IMG/VR virus record: IMGVR_UViG_3300005611_000180
Span: 1 to 25,208 of that record
From: a virus
Lineage: Duplodnaviria; Caudoviricetes
DNA: 25,208 nt
Reading direction: 5' to 3' (one strand)
Under the pieces are notes generated by a model that had not been told where the DNA came from, made no database searches, and saw only the letters and a list, made by a program, of their open reading frames with translations. Shown here in pieces: positions 7,109 to 16,448 of the stretch. A program made the translations under genes and the position numbers. Every line of letters begins with the position of its first letter. Position 1 is the stretch's first letter.

Positions 7109-10100
7109 TCCAGCACCTCAAAAATTTCAGGACTCAAGAGGTCATTCACAATTTTACTCGTTTGATCCTCAAAGACAGGGAAATGACTTGCGGTCACATC
7201 AACCAACCCATCTTCGGCCAATCCGACCTCTTCAACAAGGTAAACGCCAAAACGTCTTGCGATCCTCGTAATGTTGACTAAGGCGTTCGCTAGTGTTGCG
7301 TCCGTCACTCGTTGATTTTCAATCGTGATCTCTTCAGTCACGACTGCTTCGGATCCTGGTCTATAAATGTGAGCAGTGTAAACACCGTCGGCTAGTGAAG
7401 CGGCAGACAGCAGTGACAGATCTTGACGAATCGCTCCAGTATAAAGAGCGTCGTACGGCGACACGGCAGTCTCAACCCTGATGTAGTTGCCAGGAGCAAG
7501 ACCTAAATTGCTTGGCGTTGTCTTGAAGCGCACAACATGATCTACACGACGACGAATGCTTAGCAGATATCTTGCGGCAGCAAATGCGTGCGAACGACGA
7601 GTGCAGAAATTCGTCATATCAAAAACTTCCTGCTTTCCCGGATACCCTGGCTCGTTGTAGCGAACCATCATTGACTCCTCTACCGGCATACCGTTTGGCT
7701 TCATCGTGCGATATTTCATCACAGCACGAAAATCCTCGCGTTCATTTTGATCTAAGTATTCAAGCTCAAAGCTTCCCTCGATAATGTTTCCATCGTTGAA
7801 AATCTGCGTAATCGGTACACTCCTTGTGATCTGATGCGCCCCATCTGTCGGCAATGCAGGAACAAGGGCAAACCTGCCATTTTTGATCACAAAGCTGCAC
7901 AAAAACAACGGGGCAAGTTGTGTCAGATAAGATCTCAGATTGACTTGAGATGTAATTGCGCCATCAAACCGCATCCAATAATTTTTGATGAATTTTGCAG
8001 TTTTCTCAAACTCTGCTTTGTCTACAAGTTTTTCGCTGATCTCTTGAGCAACAGCGCGACCTGGCTGCGTCAAGCAGTAATAAGCTACATCAGCAAAATT
8101 GTTAGTCGGACCGTAAACATTATCCTCAAGCCTCGTCAACGAAATTCCGTTTTTCAAATACACCTGAATCTGTCGTAAGCTTTGAATTGAATTTAATGTC
8201 CGCAGCTTTAAGCCAATCATCGCCAAGTCGTTATAGTTGGCCACCGTAGAAGTATCTTCCGATTCATTCATGTAAACAATTTCGCATTCTGGGCCGTTCT
8301 CGCAACTTCTGCTCACCTCTTGGTAAACACTAAGCTCTTTGATTTGACTAAACGCTTCAAACTCTCGAATATAGTCAGAGCGAGGCTCCCCCTGCCTGCA
8401 GCTAACGCCAGACGCACGCCAACGCATCGCCATCTTGCCACTTCTGCCAAATCTATGAGCGTACCAAGACGCACTGCTAATAGTTATTTCATGATCATAC
8501 GTTTCGCCTTCAATAACAGTTCCTTCTGTTGAGATAATACGCGCATCAGTAATTGCCCAGTATTTGGCTACATCATTTCTTGCGATGAATTCTTCCGAAT
8601 CGTTCTTAGCAACAAAGCCTCTTAAAAACATAGTAAATTTTACGCCCTTGCTAGTAAAAGAAAAAGTGTTTTCCCTGTATTCGTCATACTTGGCTCGACT
8701 GCCAAAGATAGGATCATTCACATTCTTTAGGTTTTGCAAAAGTGTTTCGTAGTAAGCCATCGTATAGCCACCACCTAAATCCCCTGTATTGCCCTGAGCA
8801 TCAACAGCGGTTTCTTGGAACATGTTATTGACAGTGCAAACCACAGGCCCGTAAGCGCGAGTAGCATCCCCAGATCTAAACTCTGGGTTTACAAGCAGTG
8901 CATCAATAGGTTCAACAAACGCATTGAACATTAATTCAAACGGGCCATACACTGTTTCCTCGCGTGTCCTGCGAACATCGCCGCTTGCATCTAAAGTAAA
9001 TACAGTTTGATTCTCGTAAGACTTGTAGCGTGAAATGTTGGCAGAGTCTTTGGGAATCAACTTGAACTCATATTGCTTTTTGCTGGGGTGCTTGATCCTG
9101 ATATAGTTGAATTTATCAATTGGCGCATTTCCTTGCACACAAAACAATGTGTTGTTCAAAATATCAAAACCTTCGTGAACAGCGTCACCTTCAGTGGTGT
9201 CAACACCAGTCACAGGATCGACACCCTGCGGAGCCTCAACATCTTTCACGCCAAGCACAAAAAACATTGTGCGACGCATATATTTATTCATTGTCGGTGT
9301 ACTAAGATTAATCTTGTCCCTATCAAATCGAGTCAACTCACCGGGGGTTGGGATTGCATTAAAATTGCACAAACCATTTAATCTTCCCCATAGCTGACTT
9401 TTGATTCCAAGTTCAGTAACCTCTGCAGCACGAGTGTTGCGAACCTGACCGAAATCCACCTTATGAAGCGGATAGTAAGACATGCCAATGAAATAATTTC
9501 TGAAATCGTTATTTCCTTCTGAATGAATATAATTATCAAAACCAAACCTTCCGGCAACACCTATCTCTCTATTCGTACCTGTAAATTCAATGCATTCCAG
9601 CTCATACTCGTAATCTCTGCCCGGAAGCCAAATATCGTTGGGGCGCTGAATAACCTTAAACAAGGCTCGGTTTATCATAAAAATTTCATTTAATCGCAAC
9701 AAGTCATCGCCACGTTCACGATAAGAATTGATCGCAGAATTTATATCATCAATTGTGACGCCTGATTTGCTATCAAACCTTGCATCTTGTGCGCTCATCG
9801 TGTCGCCCTTAATGCGATAAACGATAATGTCGCCTCTAGTGATTTGCGTGACTTCAGGGTCTCCAGGGAAAAAATTGCCCCCATCCTTTCGTCGCACACC
9901 TAAAACACCCATCTTCAGTGCATAGCCCCTGCCAATACCAGGCATTCCCTGTTCACGCCCATCAGCTTCCCTTCCAGCAATCTTTCGCCTTGTATTGGCA
10001 ATGCGATCGTTTGGGTCGTTCTTAAATAAATTTTGTTCATTCAATCTGGGCAGACTAACAACTTCCCAGTTCGGCCTATAGTGCCCACCATTTGGCAAAG

Positions 10101-10902
10101 TCTGATATACACCAAAAGACGTAGAGTTTGTTGGGGTGCTTGCCATGCAAAACCCTTCGCCGTTATCGCTCGTCCCAGTAGGCGCTAAGAAATTACCGGC
10201 AGGTGCCGCATCTCCAGCGACAAGATCATCTAAGTCAAGCCTGTTTTCCCCGTTGCCGCCTTTGTAAAAGTAAGCAAAATTTGACTCATGAAAATTATCA
10301 ATTGGCGTTCCACCTAGCATTACTGCTTGCACTGAAGGGGTAGTGTCCATTGGGGTCTGACCCAAAACACCAACAATCTTGATTGCTTGAAATGTGCCAC
10401 GACTAAACATGCGAGACCAAACCAACAATGGTTCAACCAGCACTCCCCCACTGGCTGATGTTGAGTTTGCAGAATCGCCAGTGCTTGCTACTGGCGGCAC
10501 ATAACGTCCGAAAGGAATTGGTATAGGCGATCCCAACTGTGCGATTGCAGGCGCTGCATCAAAGCCGAGCGTGTTGTTGTATTTCGTGCGACCTTGCTGG
10601 CTTGGCAACGTACGCTGCTCAATTCCATCGCGTTCTTTGGGGCTCGCTACTGGCTTAGGCTTCGGCGCAAGCAGGGCAGCCGCACCACTAACGACAACGC
10701 CTACAGCAAGGCTGATCAGAGCAGGAACAAGAGCTGGGCCATTTTGCACGTCAGGGATGTGCTCATACCCTTTCGGTAAATTCAAACAACGCTCTCGAGC
10801 CTCTTCAACGAACTGTCTATACTCCTCTTCCGATAAGCCCAGAACTTGGATGAGCTGCCGTTCGTATGGAAGCAATGCATATTGATATGACTTAGCGGGC
10901 AC
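7105..10902 (-). CDS. Tail tip/hub protein (gpI/gpJ-like)
   Basis: About 1265 aa from the GTG at 10902 (the ORF track starts at 10983). Has an N-terminal hydrophobic stretch, a GSPIPIPFG motif, and a C-terminal FDGAI...IFNDGNI.EGSF...FCT..SHA...LAPG..IRV block typical of tail-tip hubs. Confidence 0.75.
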   Translation of the reverse strand: MPAKSYQYALLPYERQLIQVLGLSEEEYRQFVEEARERCLNLPKGYEHIPDVQNGPALVPALISLAVGVVVSGAAALLAPKPKPVASPKERDGIEQRTLPSQQGRTKYNNTLGFDAAPAIAQLGSPIPIPFGRYVPPVASTGDSANSTSASGGVLVEPLLVWSRMFSRGTFQAIKIVGVLGQTPMDTTPSVQAVMLGGTPIDNFHESNFAYFYKGGNGENRLDLDDLVAGDAAPAGNFLAPTGTSDNGEGFCMASTPTNSTSFGVYQTLPNGGHYRPNWEVVSLPRLNEQNLFKNDPNDRIANTRRKIAGREADGREQGMPGIGRGYALKMGVLGVRRKDGGNFFPGDPEVTQITRGDIIVYRIKGDTMSAQDARFDSKSGVTIDDINSAINSYRERGDDLLRLNEIFMINRALFKVIQRPNDIWLPGRDYEYELECIEFTGTNREIGVAGRFGFDNYIHSEGNNDFRNYFIGMSYYPLHKVDFGQVRNTRAAEVTELGIKSQLWGRLNGLCNFNAIPTPGELTRFDRDKINLSTPTMNKYMRRTMFFVLGVKDVEAPQGVDPVTGVDTTEGDAVHEGFDILNNTLFCVQGNAPIDKFNYIRIKHPSKKQYEFKLIPKDSANISRYKSYENQTVFTLDASGDVRRTREETVYGPFELMFNAFVEPIDALLVNPEFRSGDATRAYGPVVCTVNNMFQETAVDAQGNTGDLGGGYTMAYYETLLQNLKNVNDPIFGSRAKYDEYRENTFSFTSKGVKFTMFLRGFVAKNDSEEFIARNDVAKYWAITDARIISTEGTVIEGETYDHEITISSASWYAHRFGRSGKMAMRWRASGVSCRQGEPRSDYIREFEAFSQIKELSVYQEVSRSCENGPECEIVYMNESEDTSTVANYNDLAMIGLKLRTLNSIQSLRQIQVYLKNGISLTRLEDNVYGPTNNFADVAYYCLTQPGRAVAQEISEKLVDKAEFEKTAKFIKNYWMRFDGAITSQVNLRSYLTQLAPLFLCSFVIKNGRFALVPALPTDGAHQITRSVPITQIFNDGNIIEGSFELEYLDQNEREDFRAVMKYRTMKPNGMPVEESMMVRYNEPGYPGKQEVFDMTNFCTRRSHAFAAARYLLSIRRRVDHVVRFKTTPSNLGLAPGNYIRVETAVSPYDALYTGAIRQDLSLLSAASLADGVYTAHIYRPGSEAVVTEEITIENQRVTDATLANALVNITRIARRFGVYLVEEVGLAEDGLVDVTASHFPVFEDQTSKIVNDLLSPEIFEVLE

Positions 10903-11204
10903 CAAGCCACCTGCTCGGTCTGAGTGCAAAAATGAAGCAGGCCGTTGTTCCATACCACGCAAAAGCCTATTGGCCTTGCACATACCATAATGTCCCCATC
11001 ATAGGACGGAATTGCAATTCGTTTACCCCAACGAACAAGATCCCTGCCCCATTGTCTTGGTGTCATGCTGTACCAATCACGATTGATGGATGGGGCTTCT
11101 ATCTTCATGCGTCTTAACACTTCAAGCGTTAGCCAAATGCAATCGGTATCGCCATAAACGTACGGCGTCCCAATCAAATCAATGCACTCAACGTAAACGG
11201 ACAC
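10782..11204 (-). CDS. gpK-like tail assembly protein, degenerate NlpC/P60
   Basis: DLIGTPYVYGDTDC motif and DGDI...VVW..GLLH. Likely GTG start at 11204. Lies between the gpL-like and hub genes. Confidence 0.65.
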   Translation of the reverse strand: MSVYVECIDLIGTPYVYGDTDCIWLTLEVLRRMKIEAPSINRDWYSMTPRQWGRDLVRWGKRIAIPSYDGDIMVCARPIGFCVVWNNGLLHFCTQTEQVAWCPLSHINMHCFHTNGSSSKFWAYRKRSIDSSLKRLESVV

Positions 11205-11691
11205 TTGAAGTTGTAGGCAAGCTGCCAACTAGACGACGATGCAAAGTTCGAGTTGGAATGTCTAAACCTGCTGCATCAAGCACACTGCTCAACTCAAGCC
11301 TCAATACCGTATCATCCCATCCGCCAGCAGTTGATTGCCCCGTATAAGTCAAAAGCTTTTGGATTACTTGGTTACTTGTGGGGCTCAAAATGTTTACATC
11401 CACCTCGGCAACGTAAGGCGTCACCCAAGTGTATTCATCCCTCAAAGTACGACCGCGCAGCGCCTCGCCAAGAATTCCGCGTGATACTTCATTGTTGGGG
11501 AATGTTAATGTTGCAGGCTGCAAATCGCCCTGCCTTGTCGCACTGGTTCCAGAGAAACCAAATGGGACAAAATCATAATTAATGCCTTCATGCGAAATGT
11601 TTTCAGCAATGTAAAAATTTTGAAAGGCGTATTTAACATTTGCTCCGCCATCGTAAAGACGCAAATAATGCCCAAGAGCTAAACTCGTCAC
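11188..11691 (-). CDS. Minor tail protein (gpL-like N-terminal domain)
   Basis: Immediately follows the TMP with a GTGA overlap. YDFVPFGFSG...ATLTFPN...LELSSVLDA...IP.R pattern. No C-terminal 4-Cys cluster as in lambda gpL. Confidence 0.6.
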   Translation of the reverse strand: MTSLALGHYLRLYDGGANVKYAFQNFYIAENISHEGINYDFVPFGFSGTSATRQGDLQPATLTFPNNEVSRGILGEALRGRTLRDEYTWVTPYVAEVDVNILSPTSNQVIQKLLTYTGQSTAGGWDDTVLRLELSSVLDAAGLDIPTRTLHRRLVGSLPTTSSVRLR

Positions 11692-14294
11692 AAGCCTATC
11701 CTCCGGCGAGTGCCAGGACTATTGCGTAGTTTAGCCAATGCGCGGTTTTCACCACGGGTAGCGCCTTGCTCTGCAGCCTGCTGCATTCCCTGTTGAAATT
11801 CTGCAGCAGTTACATAATCAACATTGTTAATCCGCTCGACAGTATAACGAACATCAATCGCGCCATTGCTCGTGACGTTAGAAGCACCCCCAGCATCGAC
11901 CTGATCGCCAAACGCCTGATTCCCGCTGGTTGACCCTGAAGGACGATAACGGTTCATTGCGGATGACAACTGATTGTTGTTGATGACTTGGCCGCTGCCA
12001 TTTTCATTGAGCCTGAGCAGCTCTGGGCCGCGTTCGCCCACCATATAAGTATTGCCAGGTGTGACGGTGCCGCCATCTGCCAAGAGGCCAGCCAAGCCTG
12101 CGCCCATGCCATATCCAGCGCCCAAAGCTTCCGTGCCAGAGACAGGGGTCTTGCCAAAGCCAAATGCTTGAAGAATAAACTTCAACGCCAAACTTTTAAT
12201 AATCATTTTGCCCAAATCTCGGAGCAAGCTTGACGCGAATTCTCTAAAATCAACACTACCACCAGACGCCAATTCCGTAATTGCATCAGACAATCGACCC
12301 AAGCCGGTTTCTGTGAGTTGTTTTACAGCGTCAAAAGTGGTTCCAAGGCTTTTAGTGTAAGAATCAAACCCAGCCCTAACACCTTGCAGAGGGTCTTCAA
12401 TTTTTTGCTGTTCCCTCAGCAATTCATTAAATTCACGAATTTTAGACAGTCTTTCATCTTCAAGCTTTAAAGTATCCTCAAGAACTTTTTTGCGAAACTC
12501 TAAAAGATCTTGCTCAAAGCTTGCTGTTTTTGATGCAAGTTGATTTCTTGTTTCTACAAGTTTGGTTTCGTCTTTAATCAAGGCCAAGGCTTGATTTTGA
12601 ACATCTATTCCTTTTGCTTTATTTTCCTCAATACTTTGCTTGCGTGCTTCAATTTGTTTTTGCAGCCCAAGCTCAGCGACCTGCAATGGAACAAGTTGAC
12701 GCTGCAGCTCTAACTCAAATTGTTTTAGCTTGTTGCCTTCTTTACGTGCTTTTACAATTTCTTGATCGATTGAGGCTAGATTTTTTGACAGAATAGTGCG
12801 TGCAGTTGCTTGGAATGAAGCCTCAAGATCTCTGAAAGCAGCGTTAGCCTGCCGACGCAACTCCACCATCGGATCGGGTCCACGCCTTGTGCGAGGAGTT
12901 TTGGGCTTGGTGCTGTCTTCTGCGCTAGGCAAATCGCTTGGCGCTGAAGGAATAGGCCCGATAAAATCTGCTCTTTGAATAATTGGGGTATACCGTGCAA
13001 CTATGTCTTCTGCAAATTTTCTCTGCAGAGGAGTAATATCAGTTCTTACAAGCGTTCTTTGTGCTTGAGCGAGTGTTTCTCTTTGATTCTCAAGCAATGT
13101 GCCAATATTAGCCTCTTCAATAGCTTTTCCAGCCCTGCCAATTGCATCAAAAAGGTCAATGAAACCCTTAATAGCATTAGAAGTAAAGGTTTGAAATTGA
13201 GCCCCAAGCCTTTGCAATTCTGGAGCTACTTTTTCGTTTAACTCCTCAAGCACGACTGACAACCTATCACCAGCCGCATCGGGTCCATCTGCAATTACTT
13301 TTGCGGTTTCTCCATATCGCTCAAAAATAGCCTCTGCAAAAGATTGGAAGTCTGCCAAGCTTACTTCGCCTCGTTCCAAAGCTTTATCAAGCTCAGCAGG
13401 CGTCTTGCCAATAGATTCAGCAAACAGCGTAAAAGCACCAGGCAATCGTTCTCCAATCTGCTGGCGCAATTCTTCCGCTGAAACCTTGCCCTTACTAAAT
13501 ACTTGAGCTGTTGCAGTAAGAGCCGCGTCAACATCACCTAAAGATCCACCAGTTGCCCTTACTGCGGCAATAATTCCTCGAAACGCAACTTGCGTATCAC
13601 GAAGTGAACCCCCTGCGCCAGAAACAGAAGCCTGAAGCTTAGTAAATTGCTTTGTTAATACACTTTGGGGAATGGCAAATTCTTTTGTCGCTGATTGAAC
13701 AAATGCCAACGCTCGGTTGTATTCGTCTTGGCTGCTTGTGACCCCTTCAAGCGCAATTCTTAATTTGTTCAACTCAGCCCCATATTCCGCCACACCACCC
13801 AAGGCTCTTCTGGCACCACCCACTTGAGCGCCAAGCGCAGCCCCCACAGCAGCACCAGCAGGGCCGCCAACACCCAAGCCAATTGCACCGCCCACAAGGC
13901 CTTCAGGCCCGCCAAAAATACCACCAGCAGCTATCGCGCCTGCACCTCTTGCAAGCCTGCCAGCACGCGATACTTGAGGTCTACGGCCTTCAGCTTTTTG
14001 TAATTGTTTGTCTAGTTTTTCAGCTTCTAAACGCGCTTCCTTAAATTCCTTACTGCCAATTTCAAGCTGCGCCGAAATATCACGCCATGCATTGCGATAA
14101 TCACGCAAGTTTTGAATACTGTTTTTTGATGTCTTTTGTACGTCTTTTAATTGACTGGCAACTTGTTTAAAATTAACGTCTACCTTTGTTTTAGCTGTTA
14201 CTGCAAGCTTGTTCAACGCCGCCTCAAGCTCTTTCAGCTCACCCTTGCCTACAGCTTTGACAAGAACTTTCAGTTCGGTTGTTACAGGGGCCAT
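11688..14294 (-). CDS. Tail tape measure protein
   Basis: 868 aa, helical. QVFSKGKVSAEELRQQIGERLPGA tape-measure domain, Gly/Ala-rich hydrophobic stretch, and C-terminal ADGG...YMVGERGPEL. Follows the chaperone pair. Similar in length to lambda gpH (853 aa). Confidence 0.93.
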   Translation of the reverse strand: MAPVTTELKVLVKAVGKGELKELEAALNKLAVTAKTKVDVNFKQVASQLKDVQKTSKNSIQNLRDYRNAWRDISAQLEIGSKEFKEARLEAEKLDKQLQKAEGRRPQVSRAGRLARGAGAIAAGGIFGGPEGLVGGAIGLGVGGPAGAAVGAALGAQVGGARRALGGVAEYGAELNKLRIALEGVTSSQDEYNRALAFVQSATKEFAIPQSVLTKQFTKLQASVSGAGGSLRDTQVAFRGIIAAVRATGGSLGDVDAALTATAQVFSKGKVSAEELRQQIGERLPGAFTLFAESIGKTPAELDKALERGEVSLADFQSFAEAIFERYGETAKVIADGPDAAGDRLSVVLEELNEKVAPELQRLGAQFQTFTSNAIKGFIDLFDAIGRAGKAIEEANIGTLLENQRETLAQAQRTLVRTDITPLQRKFAEDIVARYTPIIQRADFIGPIPSAPSDLPSAEDSTKPKTPRTRRGPDPMVELRRQANAAFRDLEASFQATARTILSKNLASIDQEIVKARKEGNKLKQFELELQRQLVPLQVAELGLQKQIEARKQSIEENKAKGIDVQNQALALIKDETKLVETRNQLASKTASFEQDLLEFRKKVLEDTLKLEDERLSKIREFNELLREQQKIEDPLQGVRAGFDSYTKSLGTTFDAVKQLTETGLGRLSDAITELASGGSVDFREFASSLLRDLGKMIIKSLALKFILQAFGFGKTPVSGTEALGAGYGMGAGLAGLLADGGTVTPGNTYMVGERGPELLRLNENGSGQVINNNQLSSAMNRYRPSGSTSGNQAFGDQVDAGGASNVTSNGAIDVRYTVERINNVDYVTAAEFQQGMQQAAEQGATRGENRALAKLRNSPGTRRRIGL

Positions 14295-14634
14295 CAGGGG
14301 TTCCTCTTGCTAAAGCAGCCCAGAGCCGCAAGTTCCATCACCTGTATCCCTTCAAACAAAGACACAGGATCTTTCACTGAATACAGTCTACTCAAGTAAT
14401 CAAGAGCTGAGTAGTTCAGGCCAGTCAAACCAGCCATGCTTACGTTCCACTGGGTTTGCATTTTTAAAAATATCATTACTGTTTCCCAGTTTTCTTCTAA
14501 AACCTCAAAATCTTTTTTTACTGGTCGCAAGCCAGCAGCAGCAATTTGCTCGGGGGTCGCCCCAAGCGCCAATAAGTCAGATTCACGCTCATCCACAACG
14601 CCGCCTTTTGCCCAATATTGAGCAGCGGCCTCTA
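14294..14634 (-). CDS. Tail assembly chaperone C-terminal part (gpT-like, DUF1799-like), expressed by -1 frameshift
   Basis: ENW.TV..F..MQTQW......GLNY motif. The frame is open from the slippery site (L-E-A-A-A-Q-Y-W-A-K-G-G-V-V-D-E-R...). Confidence 0.8.
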
Positions 14635-14641
14635 GTTTTTT
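14600..14641 (-). other. Programmed -1 ribosomal frameshift signal: A AAA AAC plus 3' hairpin
   Basis: GCA AAA AAC TAG at 14643..14632, 5-nt spacer, then GCCGC-TGCTCA-ATAT-TGGGCA-AAAG-GCGGC stem-loop. The -1 frame joins the downstream ORF. Confidence 0.85.
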
Positions 14642-14958
14642 GCTTTTTCGCCCGTCAGGCTATCGGTGTAAGCCGTGATCAAGGCGCGAAGAACGTAAGG
14701 ATCATCAAACAGTTGTTGCTTGCTATCCTCGCCAAAAGGCACTTCTTCGCCAGCTTCGTCCTTTACGTTTTCCCAGCCTTCAATAATCTCATTGACCAAA
14801 GCGTCATCGCCTTCATCAATCAAATCATTAAAAGCGGAACGGCTCATTTTGCGAAAAACAGCCGTAAAAGTTTCTTTCTTAAAACGCCCGCCATCTACTG
14901 GCACTTCAACAGTGACGGGCCATTTGTAAGAAGAGCTTTTCTTGAGAACAAAAGCCAT
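14632..14958 (-). CDS. Tail assembly chaperone (gpG-like)
   Basis: 108 aa, acidic. YKWPVTV..P.DGG...F.A.F...IEGWENVKDE.GEEVPF. Ends in AKN-stop between the tube gene and the TMP. Confidence 0.85.
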   Translation of the reverse strand: MAFVLKKSSSYKWPVTVEVPVDGGRFKKETFTAVFRKMSRSAFNDLIDEGDDALVNEIIEGWENVKDEAGEEVPFGEDSKQQLFDDPYVLRALITAYTDSLTGEKAKN

Positions 14959-14963
14959 TGTGA

Positions 14964-15905
14964 TCAGGTGTAAACCAGCGTGAACTCGTCGTTACCAGAG
15001 GTGGTAGGCAGAGCCAAGTAATCAACCGAAAGATTGACCACGCCGTTTGTGTCTCCGTAGCTTACACCAGTAATGTCGGTTTGAGGCATATTCAAAGTGG
15101 TAATGTTTCCACCCGTGGCCCCAAGCGTGAACACACTGCTGCCTGTTGCAGTCGCGACGGCCTTGGCGAAATAATCAATCGTGCCAACATCAGGGGCTTC
15201 AATAACAGCATTGCCGCCAGGAGCGCGATTTGTCATCACAACCGATTCGCTGCACATCAGCGGACGGAAAGTGAACTCATTGTTCAGCGCGAAAGAAAGG
15301 CTTTCAAGGCAAGCATCAGTTACACCGTGAAAAGTGTTGGTTGTGATGTTTGCATCGCTGACTTCAAGTGCTGCAGCCTGATTTGCGACGGTGAAGTCGC
15401 CAGACAGTGCAGTGTCATCAGGAGCGTTATACAAACCAGTCATTGTGAATGAAATGGTCGGCAGTTCACCTGCATTGAGAGTGAAACTGGCGCTTCCACG
15501 ACAGCCAGTGATCTTGTGACGAGTGCCGTCGTAAAAACAATAGATCGTTACAGAATCAAAAGTGCTGCTAACAGGCGCGTAAGTGACGCTTGTATCAGCA
15601 ACTGTTGTTTCAGAAAGCCCACAAGCCTTTAAAACTGATCCGTAAGCAGGTGCCGTACCTGCGGTTCCAGAACCAGAAAGCTCAACATCAAAAGTAACGC
15701 TAACGCGCTTATTAGCGAGAATAGTGCCTCTCGTGCTGTTTCCAATAAATCCTTGAAGAGCTGGGGGTTGAATATTGTCCGATTCAATCGGAGTGACCTC
15801 CAGATTTGTCACCTGAATGGCGTCGGTGCCTCCGACTGGAGTTGGATCGGTTCCGTACGTTGATTCGATCTTTGCGATCAGAAACCTTTTGCGGGTCAGT
15901 GCCAT
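14964..15905 (-). CDS. Major tail (tube) protein
   Basis: 313 aa. AKIE.TYGTDP...VELSGSGTAGTAP.YG..LKACG...GCRG motif. Lies between the tail terminator and the chaperones. Confidence 0.85.
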   Translation of the reverse strand: MALTRKRFLIAKIESTYGTDPTPVGGTDAIQVTNLEVTPIESDNIQPPALQGFIGNSTRGTILANKRVSVTFDVELSGSGTAGTAPAYGSVLKACGLSETTVADTSVTYAPVSSTFDSVTIYCFYDGTRHKITGCRGSASFTLNAGELPTISFTMTGLYNAPDDTALSGDFTVANQAAALEVSDANITTNTFHGVTDACLESLSFALNNEFTFRPLMCSESVVMTNRAPGGNAVIEAPDVGTIDYFAKAVATATGSSVFTLGATGGNITTLNMPQTDITGVSYGDTNGVVNLSVDYLALPTTSGNDEFTLVYT

Positions 15906-16008
15906 TTTGCTTTGGGGCGGTAGTTGTTGAGATCAGTTTAAGATCACCTGTTTCGGGGTCAAACAGATAGCTGCCGCCCGCGCCAGGATTAGGAACCTGC
16001 ATTGTCAT
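15784..16008 (-). CDS. Small hypothetical phage protein (GGSY..DP.TG motif)
   Basis: Fills the gap between the terminator and tube genes. The N-terminal PNPGAGGSYLFDPETGDLKLI looks like a real conserved peptide. The 3' part overlaps the tube gene. Confidence 0.55.
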   Translation of the reverse strand: MTMQVPNPGAGGSYLFDPETGDLKLISTTTAPKQNGTDPQKVSDRKDRINVRNRSNSSRRHRRHSGDKSGGHSD

Positions 16009-16020
16009 ACTAGCAATGGT

Positions 16021-16446
16021 TTAGGCAGAAGTCAGGTCAGTTCTGCTTGAGCGATAGCGAACCAAAAAATCCTGAGAAATAACGCCCAAAGGTACGTCTG
16101 CTTCATACAGGCTAAAATCTGTCCGATCTGGTGTCAAATCAAGCGCGTATCCATTCAAGGTTTGATCTGCCATCAATAATGAATGAACCTGCTGCGTATA
16201 AGTGTCGGACGCATCATCAGGCACATCTGCACGAATCAAGGTTGTAATCCTTACCCTCAAGGTCCAATCAAGCTTGTCGTAAAAATTTGTGTCAATTGGT
16301 TGATCATTGACTGGTTCCACAATGATTGCAGGTACTTCACCACGCGCCAAAGGTTCCACACGGCTGCGATAGACCGTTGCACCAGTCGCAGCGTCAAGAT
16401 TAGTTTTGATTCGTGCGAGTATCAGCTCGCGTCGTGTGTCAGCCAT
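16021..16446 (-). CDS. Tail terminator / tail completion protein (gpU-like)
   Basis: Likely start MADTRRELIL at 16446. VYRSRVEP...PAIIVEP...LMADQTLNGYA...VRYR pattern. Confidence 0.72.
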   Translation of the reverse strand: MADTRRELILARIKTNLDAATGATVYRSRVEPLARGEVPAIIVEPVNDQPIDTNFYDKLDWTLRVRITTLIRADVPDDASDTYTQQVHSLLMADQTLNGYALDLTPDRTDFSLYEADVPLGVISQDFLVRYRSSRTDLTSA

Positions 16447-16448
16447 AA

